A stretch of DNA of 20,000 nucleotides, taken from Folioceros fuciformis (lineage: Eukaryota). The notes under the pieces are model-generated. The model had not been told where the DNA came from. It did not search any database and saw only the letters and a list, made by a program, of their open reading frames with translations. The stretch's first letter is position 1. Every line of letters starts with the position of its first letter. The translations under genes were made by a program, and so were the position numbers. The stretch is taken from positions 80,129 to 100,128 of the forward strand of contig JBNGIO010005874.1 in NCBI GenBank assembly GCA_049999805.1, read 5' to 3'. Below are positions 10,361 through 18,804 of the stretch, one piece after another.

Positions 10361-10632
10361 CGCCATACCAAAGAAACACTCTCTCTCTACATACCTTCTT
10401 TTTTGTTTTCTGACGGAGTATCTACCGGGGTATCCATCCTCCATTTCCGGAACTAGACTTGTTTTGTCTTGCTTTGGTGCACTGTGTGGTTTGTAACACT
10501 GTGTGTCCTTTGTAAGGAGTTCCTGGAGGATATCCCGATAGATACCCCGTTTGAAGACAATAAAGTATGTAGAGAAAACCGTTTGAAGACAATAAAGTAT
10601 GTAGAGAAAAAGTGTGTCTGTTTGGTATGCCA
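10361..10632. mobile_element. 272-bp foldback / MITE-like element with long imperfect inverted arms, flanked by TA
   Basis: The reverse complement of 10361-10454 aligns with 10518-10632 (e.g. gtatgtagagagagagtgtttctttggtatgg vs gtatgtagagaaaaagtgtgtctgtttggtatgc; tagatactccgt vs tagataccccgt). TA lies at 10359-60 and 10633-34. Confidence 0.65.
10547..10610. repeat. Perfect 32-bp tandem duplication
   Basis: ccgtttgaagacaataaagtatgtagagaaaa at 10547 and 10579. Confidence 0.95.
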
Positions 10633-10867
10633 TAGTGGCCATCGAATTCAGCGGGGAAGCCACGCCGCGGGGCGCAAACCTCAAACCCAAACACGAGGGT
10701 GACTGTGGCTGGAGGCAGGGCAACTTCGCATTGAGTGCGTGCGCGTTAGTGGAGATTCCAAGCGCATTCGCAGCGCCCAGATGTCTCCTTCGCCAAGTGG
10801 AGTAGCGGTAGAGTGTGGACCACAGCGGACTCCCGACTCTCAGCATTGTGGTGGAAGAATGCAGATA

Positions 10868-10978
10868 CTCTTTGGTATTCCATAGTCTCGAGGCCCTCTT
10901 TGGTATTCCATAATCTCGAGGTCCTCTTTGGTATTCCATAGTCTCGAGGTCCTCTTTTGGTATTTCATAGTCTCGAGG
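10868..10978. repeat. 28-bp minisatellite, 4 near-identical copies (ctctttggtattccatagtctcgaggtc)
   Basis: Units start at 10868, 10896, 10924 and 10952, contiguous with no spacers. Confidence 0.95.
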
Positions 10979-12432
10979 GATGGAACCACAGTGGGCTTCT
11001 TGTGCATGCCGATGACCGTACCATCATCTCCCAAAGTGACCGCGCATCCGAGGCCTGACAAATCTTTTTTCGTCGCCTCAACCTCGACGCAGTCTCTTAT
11101 CCAATGGAGCAGGTAGGAGTCCCTGTCCAGCCTCGCCAGAAAGTCCGCAGAATCGAATGGCGCCGCTTGGTCATTCGGTGCCTGCCCCGGATTAGGACTG
11201 GTCACCAGCTCCGCATACTGCACTTTCATTTTCCACCTCCGCTCAAGAAGCTTGGAGGCGACCCACACAGCGGTCGTGTCGCTCAAATTCAGTCTCGTAT
11301 GAGACCTCTACATTCTTGGTGATCCACCCAGAGAAAGCCCTCCTTCAGGACACGAGAGGAAGAGCGCCTGGTCTCGTCCATCTCCCGCGCACGATATAAG
11401 TCCTCCCGCCCTTTAAACACCCAATCGGACAGGGTCCACATTGAGAAAGATAGCATCAAAAACCGTGTGACCCCTCCCTGTCGAAGAGGTACATACTAGG
11501 GAAAGCTGGCTGGGACGGGCGATCCCGCGCAGACAGCGTTGCGTCCGCTCGACTCCAGTGTCAAAACTCGACGTCAGAGCAATGGGAGGAGGTAGAACTT
11601 TTGCTCAGGCCTTCTCAGGACAAAATTGCCGTCAGCGGCGCCAGATCTGAACCCCAACCCTATTCTCACTTGAATAACGTTCGGTAAGCATCCAGCCACT
11701 CTCTCTCCACATACGGTACGACTGTACTATAACCATGTACCAAACCGAACACACTACGCTAAATGTAGGACTCCATAGTGTCAGCTGCAACGGGCCGGAC
11801 ACAAAGGTGGAATGGTAGGCTATGGCCGATTCGCATCAATCCAATGTACGTACAGCCTGTGGGCAAATCACAATTCCGACCGGTCGCGGTCCGTATACCT
11901 TGGGTCGCCAAGGAGAGTCTTTTTGATCCAAGTACCGAAGCGGTGAGATGTGGCGTTTGTGGTGCTGCCAACGAGGGCACACGGTCTCTGGCATGCCATC
12001 AGGCGCCTCCATCAGGTATTCCGTACAGCAGACATCTCTATTGAGCACACATGGTGAGTCCACCAGGAGAGGGTGTGCAAGGAGGGACATCGAGCTCGAG
12101 AGGATGGACGCGACCAGGTCAGAGGTGGTGCACGTACATGGGCTCGGGGAAGCATGCCTGAAAAGGCTCTTTTCCCAATTCATGCAGGCAGGAGGGTATG
12201 GACTGTCTCATCTGAGCAGCCGGCTGTTGTGCCATCATGGGCTTGACGACCTGCGTATGGAATGTGGAGAAGCGGAGTGTTTTCATGGTAGAGGTGAATT
12301 GATGGCCGCTGATGGTGGCATACTCCTGTCAACAATGCCAGATGCTGGTGATCCGCGGGCTACGCCGTGTCCTAGAAACGTGTTGTCTTCCAGCACGGTC
12401 GCCGGTGCCTCTTGTTTCCCTGGGATCAGCAG

Positions 12433-15400
12433 ATGCTCATGGCGGCCCGGAGTGTCGCAATGGAGTCACGGAGTGGGCAGAAGGATCGGTTTTGGGGACA
12501 GTTTGTCAAGACCCAGCAGAGTGCTGGGTTGACAGCTCTTGCTGGAAGCTTGGTTTCGAGGAACAACGAGTTGCTGGCAAGTCAAGAAGCTGGGAGGTGC
12601 AGCACCTGTGCAGGCAACGAAGCCCCATGTGTGGATGCAGGCCGGTGTTCCAGCAAGAGTTGTCGGCAGGACCACTTGTGGGGGCGATTCTTTCTGGATC
12701 AGACGCTGCGGTGGGATAATAGGCAAAAGCAGAAGACGCAATGCGGATCCCAGGACTTCCTCTGCTCAGACAATTTCTGCAAGCCGACTTGGGTGCATTC
12801 ACAGCTGCGTTCTGTGGATGTGCACTCGGGTCGTCGTGGAGCAGCACTGAATTGGAGAGAACGGTGTTGTGACTCTCACAGGCCTGCAGGGGCGGAAAGG
12901 GGCGTGACGGTTGAGACTGTGAGCAGTCTCTGTCAGGAAGGGCAGCTTTCTGAGGCAGTCGAGGCTATGGGAGTCCTGGTGAACGCAGATTGCCACATTT
13001 CGGACTCCCTTTTTTGTACGGTGCTAAAGGAATGTGTGGTTGAGAGGAATCTGCCTTTGTGTCGTCGTGTTCATGCTCTTGCTGTAAAGCAGGGGTATGA
13101 ATCCGATACGTTCGTGTGCAATCACATCCTACGGATGTATGGTTCTTATGCCAGGCTGAAAGAGGCTATGGATTTGTTTACTACTGTGGCCAAACCAGAT
13201 GCCTTCACATGGTCTGCCATAATCTCTGCGCATGTTAAGCATGGAGAAGATAAGCGGGCAATACAACTGTACCGTCTGATGCGCAGGTCAAATGAGACGC
13301 CAGATGGGCATGTGTTTGTGGCAGCCCTTCAGGCTTGTGCGAAGGGAGCGGACTTGGAGTCGGGGCAGCAAGTACATGCCGATGTCCTGGCTAGCGGTAT
13401 GGAGCCTAGCTTGTTTGTGTCCAGTTGCTTGGTGGACATGTATGCAAAGTGTGGGAGGTTTGAAGATGCTCGAAGAGTGTTTGATGCACTTGATCAGAAA
13501 GATGTGGTGATGTGGAATGCCATGATAGCAGGATATTCCCAGCAGGGCATGGGACAGGAAGCTCTTCGTCTTTACAGTGCCATGGAAGAAGAAGGCACTG
13601 CTGTACCAACGTCAGTGACATTTGTGTCCCTCCTCCAAGCATGTGCAAGCGTGGGCCCCCTGGCTTTGGAGAAGGGGAGGCGGATTCATGAACAAATTAG
13701 AGAACGAGGGCTTCAGGGTGATGTATTTGCAGGCAGCAGTTTAGTAAACATGTATGCAAAGTGTGGCAGCTTGGAAGATGCCCAGACTGTATTCGATGGG
13801 CTTGTCCAAAAAGATGTTGTGACGTGGAGTACCATGATAGGAGCATATTCCCAAAAGGGCATGGGGGAAGAAGCCCTTCGTGTTGACAGTGCTATGCAAG
13901 AAGAAGGCGTTGCTGTACCTGATGCTGTGACATTCGTATGTCTTCTGCAGGCATGTGCAAATGTCGGCCCTCTGGCTTTGGAGAGGGGGAGGGAGCTTCA
14001 CGCGCAAATTAAAGAACGAGGACATCAAGGTGATGGGTTTGTAGCCAACAGCTTGGTAAATATGTATGCAAAATGTGGCAGCTTGAAAGACGCCCAGACT
14101 TTGTTTCATGGACTTGGTGTGAAGGATGTGGTGACGTGGAATGCCATGATAGCAGGGTACTCCCAGCAGGGCATGGGCGAGGAAGCCCTTAATTTGTATG
14201 ACGCCATGCAGGGACACAACGTTGAACCCGATTCTGTGACATTTGTTAGCCTCCTGCAAGCTTGTGGAAGTGTGGGCAACCTGGCTTTGGAGACTGGCAG
14301 GAAACTCCATGCTCAAGTGAGGAAGAGAGGACTTCAAGCGGACGTCTTTGTAGCCAACGGTCTGGTAACCATGTATGCAAAGTGTGGCAGCATAGATGAT
14401 GCTCGGGTTGTGTTTGATGGATCTGCTCAGAAGGATGTGGCGACATGGAACGCCATGATTGCAGGATATTCCCAGCTGCGCTTGAGTCTGGAAGCCCTTG
14501 GTCTTCTAAGGGCTATGCAAGAAGAGGGCATGGTTGCACCCAACTCTGCAACATTTGTTCCCCTGCTGCAGGCATTTGCATGTGCGGGCGCCTCGGCTTT
14601 AGAAAAGGGAAAGCAGCTTCATGCACAGATTAGAGAATGTCTGCTTCATGCTGAAGTGTCTATAGCCAACAGCTTGGTGAACATGTATGCAAAGTGCGGG
14701 ACGCTAGAGGATGCTCGGGGCGTGTTTGACGGCCTTCCCCAGAAAGATACGGTGACATGGAATGCCATGATAGCAGGATATTCCCAGAAGGGCATGGGTG
14801 TGGAAGCTCTTCATCTTCTTAGTGCGATGCAAAACGAAGGCTTGATGGAGCCCAATGCTCTGACATTCACATCCCTCCTACAAGCATGTTCAAGGGTTGG
14901 AGTGGCGGGTTTGGAGCAGGGGAAGCAGCTCCATGCGCAGATCAGAGAACGGGGGCTGCACACTGAGTTGTTGGTTGCCAATAGCTTGGTAAGCATGTAC
15001 GCAAAGGCTGGCAGTGTAGAGGATGCTCGGCAGGTGTTTGATGCGATTGGTGGAAAAAATGTGGTGACGTGGAATGCTATGATGGCAGGATATGCCCAAC
15101 AGGGCCTGGGGCAGGAAGCCATAGATCTTTTCATTGCTATGCAACAGGACGGAGCTGTTTCCCCTGATTCGGTGACATTTGTGTGCTTCCTGCAGGCCTG
15201 TGCACGTTTGGGCGCCTTGGGTGTGGAGAAGGGAAAGCAGGTTCATGCCCAAATTAGAGAACAGGGACTGGAAGGTGACATGTTTGTGGCCAGCAGTTTG
15301 GTAAACATGTATGCAAAGTGTGGCAGCCTAGAAGATGCTCGTTCTGTGTTTGACGGACTGCATGAAAAAAATGTGGTGACTTGGAGTGCAATGATAGCAG

Positions 15401-16296
15401 GATATTCCCAGCAGGGCATGGGACAAGAAAGTCTGGGTCTCTACCGCGCCATGCAACATGAAGGCATCGTCGCACCCAATGATGTAATATTTGTTTGCCT
15501 CTTACAGTCATGTGCAAATGTGGCAGCCCTGCATCTGGGAAAGCAGGTTCACGCACATATCAAACAAGAAGGTCTGGAATCCGACTTGCTGGTAGCTAGC
15601 AGTTTGATACACATGTATGGGAAGTGTGGTAGCATGGCGGATGCAAGCGAGGTGTTTGACGCCCTGACCAAAAGAGATACAGCCACCTGGAATGCACTGA
15701 TTGCAGGCTACATGAGACAAGGTGACAGTGACCTCGTCTTCGACCGTCTTGTGAAGATGCAAGAGGATGGTACACATCCAGACAGCATCACGTTCCTGTC
15801 TGTATTAACGGTATGCAGTCACAGGGGTCTAGTGGACAAAGGGCAAGAGTACTTCGAGGCTATGGGGACAGTCCATGGCATCAGTCCCACAGTGGACCAC
15901 TATACATGCATGGTGGATCTCCTGGGTCGTGCTGGACTACTGGAGGAAGCACTAGCTTTGGCTAGGACGATGCCTGTACTGCCTGAGGCTGCAGTTTGGC
16001 GCACCGTACTGGGTGCTTGTCAAAAATGGAGCAACGTGGAGGTGGCTTGCCACGCTTTCCATGAAGCAGTGAAGCTGGACCAAAAAGACGCTGCAGTATA
16101 TGTGTTGATGTCCAATATATACACCAGTGTTGAGATGTGGGAGCAAGCACAAGAGATCCAGGAGAGGAGAAAAAGAGTGGGGGCATGGAAGCAGCCAGGC
16201 CAGAGCTGGTGGACTGACATGGACGGGCAGCTGCATCTTTTTTCGGTTGGGGATCATTATCCCGGAAGTGAAGCAAGCAAAGCTGCTCAGCTGTGA
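12433..16296 (+). CDS. PLS-class pentatricopeptide repeat protein (E+, truncated DYW:WW type), putative organellar C-to-U RNA-editing specificity factor; ~30 PPR motifs + E1 + E2 + PG box
   Basis: Intronless ORF with six P-LL-S triplets in the core, P2-L2-S2, E1 (EAAVWRTVLGACQKW), E2 (DAAVYVLMSNIY) and KQPGQSWWTD. First ATG is 12433 (alternative 12439); the track start 12412 is TTG. Confidence 0.95.
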   Translation: MLMAARSVAMESRSGQKDRFWGQFVKTQQSAGLTALAGSLVSRNNELLASQEAGRCSTCAGNEAPCVDAGRCSSKSCRQDHLWGRFFLDQTLRWDNRQKQKTQCGSQDFLCSDNFCKPTWVHSQLRSVDVHSGRRGAALNWRERCCDSHRPAGAERGVTVETVSSLCQEGQLSEAVEAMGVLVNADCHISDSLFCTVLKECVVERNLPLCRRVHALAVKQGYESDTFVCNHILRMYGSYARLKEAMDLFTTVAKPDAFTWSAIISAHVKHGEDKRAIQLYRLMRRSNETPDGHVFVAALQACAKGADLESGQQVHADVLASGMEPSLFVSSCLVDMYAKCGRFEDARRVFDALDQKDVVMWNAMIAGYSQQGMGQEALRLYSAMEEEGTAVPTSVTFVSLLQACASVGPLALEKGRRIHEQIRERGLQGDVFAGSSLVNMYAKCGSLEDAQTVFDGLVQKDVVTWSTMIGAYSQKGMGEEALRVDSAMQEEGVAVPDAVTFVCLLQACANVGPLALERGRELHAQIKERGHQGDGFVANSLVNMYAKCGSLKDAQTLFHGLGVKDVVTWNAMIAGYSQQGMGEEALNLYDAMQGHNVEPDSVTFVSLLQACGSVGNLALETGRKLHAQVRKRGLQADVFVANGLVTMYAKCGSIDDARVVFDGSAQKDVATWNAMIAGYSQLRLSLEALGLLRAMQEEGMVAPNSATFVPLLQAFACAGASALEKGKQLHAQIRECLLHAEVSIANSLVNMYAKCGTLEDARGVFDGLPQKDTVTWNAMIAGYSQKGMGVEALHLLSAMQNEGLMEPNALTFTSLLQACSRVGVAGLEQGKQLHAQIRERGLHTELLVANSLVSMYAKAGSVEDARQVFDAIGGKNVVTWNAMMAGYAQQGLGQEAIDLFIAMQQDGAVSPDSVTFVCFLQACARLGALGVEKGKQVHAQIREQGLEGDMFVASSLVNMYAKCGSLEDARSVFDGLHEKNVVTWSAMIAGYSQQGMGQESLGLYRAMQHEGIVAPNDVIFVCLLQSCANVAALHLGKQVHAHIKQEGLESDLLVASSLIHMYGKCGSMADASEVFDALTKRDTATWNALIAGYMRQGDSDLVFDRLVKMQEDGTHPDSITFLSVLTVCSHRGLVDKGQEYFEAMGTVHGISPTVDHYTCMVDLLGRAGLLEEALALARTMPVLPEAAVWRTVLGACQKWSNVEVACHAFHEAVKLDQKDAAVYVLMSNIYTSVEMWEQAQEIQERRKRVGAWKQPGQSWWTDMDGQLHLFSVGDHYPGSEASKAAQL

Positions 16297-16374
16297 CGAG
16301 AAGTTGGATTCGTTCAATCAAGTCTATCTAGCTTTGAAGATGTGCTACAAACAAAGCTTTGTGGGACAGCAAGC
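16258..16374 (+). pseudogene. Eroded DYW-domain remnant overlapping and following the PPR stop codon
   Basis: The shifted frame reads PEVKQAKLL (cf. HPxxxxIxAKL). In frame after TGA it reads REVGFVQ...KLCG, followed by acagc-aagc, like a deleted LCG-HS(E)-KL (ctt tgt ggg [c]ac agc [gag] aag c). Confidence 0.55.
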
Positions 16375-17385
16375 ACGAAGAAGCATCTTCCCTGGATGTA
16401 TCATGCTGGGAGCAAAACTTACATTGACAAAGGGTGGGGCAGATGTGTGACGTGCAAATGTTTTCCTGACCAGTTCCTGATGTTAGAGTAGACAATATTG
16501 TAAAGCTAGGATACATCCTGAGCTTGTAGCTTTCGGCGCACACGAATAATGGTTTGTGATGCGTCTGTAATGGTTTGTGGCGATAGTTGTGGAAGTGGAA
16601 AGCACGGCGGCCTGAGAGCTTAGGTGGCTTCCGGCTAGGAGCGTCTGCAACAGCTCCGGGTCCAGACTGCGCAAAATGACTGGGAGTCGCTGGCACGTAA
16701 TCAGCTGACGCAGGGCGTAGCGATCGTGAGGATTTCCACCTCGGAACTTCTTTAGGTTGAACGAGACATCTCAAAAGCCCGTGGCAGGGCCTTGGTGCGA
16801 AGCTCAGAGGCCGGTCCGTAGGTCAGTTGATGACTGTAGGTAGTGAAGATGATGAGCGTCGTGACGATGAGATGAACCACAAGAGGCAGAGCACAGGGAG
16901 CGGCCTTGTATCATCGAATGCCATCCGGGAGTGAAGCAAACAAGCAAGGCTATACAGCCGATTCCCAGCACAGTACTAAGTCACCTGAGAACAGCTGGAG
17001 TGGCGCTGAGGATGTTCCGTCTTCCTCGCAATCCATCAGTGGACAATGGATATCCAGCATTTAACGCTGAGGCCTTCATTTTGAAGAAAGAGATGCTGTG
17101 GGCCAGCATGGAACAGAGGAGCCTTCATTTGGAAGAACGAGATGATCAGCGCCCGCGAAGGAAGAGATGGAGTGGCTTTGCGCTAGCGTCCAGTACAGTG
17201 CTATGTCACCCGAGGCTCACGCTAAACCTGCGGACAAAGTTACGAGGCACGGCTTTCCAAGCACGTAGGCCCCACCACACGCCATCCACCTTGCCCATGC
17301 TCATGCATAACATGAGGCCACCCGTCCTGCGCAGGCGTGCGCTTCACCGTCGCGCACGCCGGTGCGACACCACCGGCTACCTCCC

Positions 17386-18085
17386 GTCCATCTTCCCAGC
17401 TTGTACATCCGAAGACCTATATCTACTCGGGATACATTTGAACTTAGAAATCAAATTACTTTTTTTTGACAGCGGCGACGCGAAGTTTTCGTGTTCGCTC
17501 GAGTCGGGAGGCCAAGAAGCAACATCGCAAAGCCTTTGTGCTCGCTCAGGTCGAGAGGACAACAGGCAACCCCACTAAGCATCCGTGCTCGCTCTAGTCG
17601 GGAGGCCACGAGGCATCGCAAGCAACACTCCGAGAGCGAGAGGAACGACAGAAACTGGGTTTGGGGTATATTGTTTCTTCTGGATTCCAGCACATTTTCT
17701 CCTCACCGCAAGTGCAAATATCAGTCCATTGTCTCCCCAGCTTATACATACGAGGACGTATCGCTACTCGGGATGCTTTTGAATTTAGAAATCAAATTAC
17801 TTGTCTATTACACTGGCGACGCGAAGTTTTCGTGTTTGCTCCAGTCGGAAGGCCAAGGAAGGCCAAGAAGCAACATCGCGAAGCCTTTGTGCTCGCTGAG
17901 GTCGAGAAGCCAAGAGGCAACGCCACTAAGCATCCATGCTCGCTCCAGTCGAGAGGGCACGAGGCATCGCAAGCAACACTCTAAGAACAAGAGGAACGAC
18001 AGGAACTGGGTTTGGGGTGTATTGTTTCTTCTGGATTCCAGCACATTTTCTCCTCACCGCAAGTGCAGATGTCAATCCATTGTCT
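17386..18085. repeat. Two diverged tandem copies of a ~340-350-bp unit, each containing three ~47-bp subrepeats
   Basis: Units start at about 17386 and 17724, with a stub at 18075. Shared blocks include ttagaaatcaaattactt, ggcgacgcgaagttttcgtgtt and tattgtttcttctggattccagcacattttctcctcaccgcaagtgca. Subrepeats gtgYtcgctc start at 17491, 17538 and 17585. Confidence 0.9.
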
Positions 18086-18520
18086 AATGGATACACTTGC
18101 AGACCTAATCCATGCACAAGATCTCAGGGTTGTCCATCATCACGTTGTGATCACTGTCCTTGTGCTGCAATGTGACAAGCTTGTTTTGGATGAGGCCTGC
18201 CCCAGCTGTAATTCGAAGTTGCCTGCATTTAGCAGTTGTGGTTACTGCGAGGAGCATCTAGTGTTCACAAAATTAAGCTTCCGACTACGTTTGATAGTAC
18301 AAGATGCAACATGTGAGGCACGAGTTGTGGCCTTTGAAGCAGCTAGGGATTTTTTTGTCTAAGTACATTGTAGATGAACAAGGAACGTGGTGACTTGCTG
18401 GACAGGCTAGTTGGGAATTGTTGCGGTGTTTCTTTAGCATTATATCTCTCATGAATGGTGGACCACCATACATTAGGGTGGACAGAGCTGAGGCAATAGT
18501 GCGACAGCAGTTGTTTCCCA
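18069..18520 (+). pseudogene. RPA70 C-terminal (DBD-C)-like OB-fold with zinc ribbon, truncated/frameshifted; probably TE-associated
   Basis: EACPSCNSKL...SCGYC, then FRLRLIVQDATCEARVVAFEAARDFF (cf. RPA1 DBD-C YxACxxCxKK...CxxC...Y-L-x-I-x-D-x-T-G...F...A). Stop at 18360-62; likely continuation CFFSIISLMNGGPPYIRVDRAEAIV in another frame. Confidence 0.65.
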
Positions 18521-18670
18521 ACCTATTCTCATGGAAGCTCCTCCTTAGGAATTGCCTGCAAAAACCAATTCAGCACCAAGATCAAACCAAACTACCAGTA
18601 AGGTGGAGATAAATGTTCCATGTCCAGCATTATTTTTACTTGGCTTCACTTTTGGAGCTATTACTTTAGG

Positions 18671-18708
18671 CATGTTGTGGGCTTCTCATGTTGTGGGCTT
18701 CTAATAAA
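18671..18708 (+). repeat. 16-bp perfect tandem duplication followed by AATAAA
   Basis: catgttgtgggcttct x2 (18671-18702), aataaa at 18703-18708. Confidence 0.7.
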
Positions 18709-18804
18709 TGGAATAGTAGCTGATAGAAACTTTTCCAAATTTCTTGTAGTACTACTTTTTTTATTAGCAATTCAAATAACAAGTAGGTACTAATAAAAAA
18801 GCAC

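Noticed and set aside
10868..10978. CRISPR-like array (28-bp repeats)
   Set aside because: Units are contiguous with no unique spacers, there are no cas genes, and the context is eukaryotic.
10760..11600. Gene fragment on minus strand (148-aa ORF; kinase-like GDIWAL)
   Set aside because: TTG start, ORF runs into the minisatellite, no other kinase subdomains and no family recognised.
11778..12532. ORFs upstream of the right PPR gene, including a lone CGVC
   Set aside because: No second zinc-ligand pair or domain similarity; probably 5'UTR/intergenic.
17204..17230. TGTCAC as a possible LTR start
   Set aside because: No matching LTR end, PBS, PPT or target-site duplication found.
16931..17578. 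215-aa ORF
   Set aside because: GTG start, runs into the tandem repeat, no recognisable domain.
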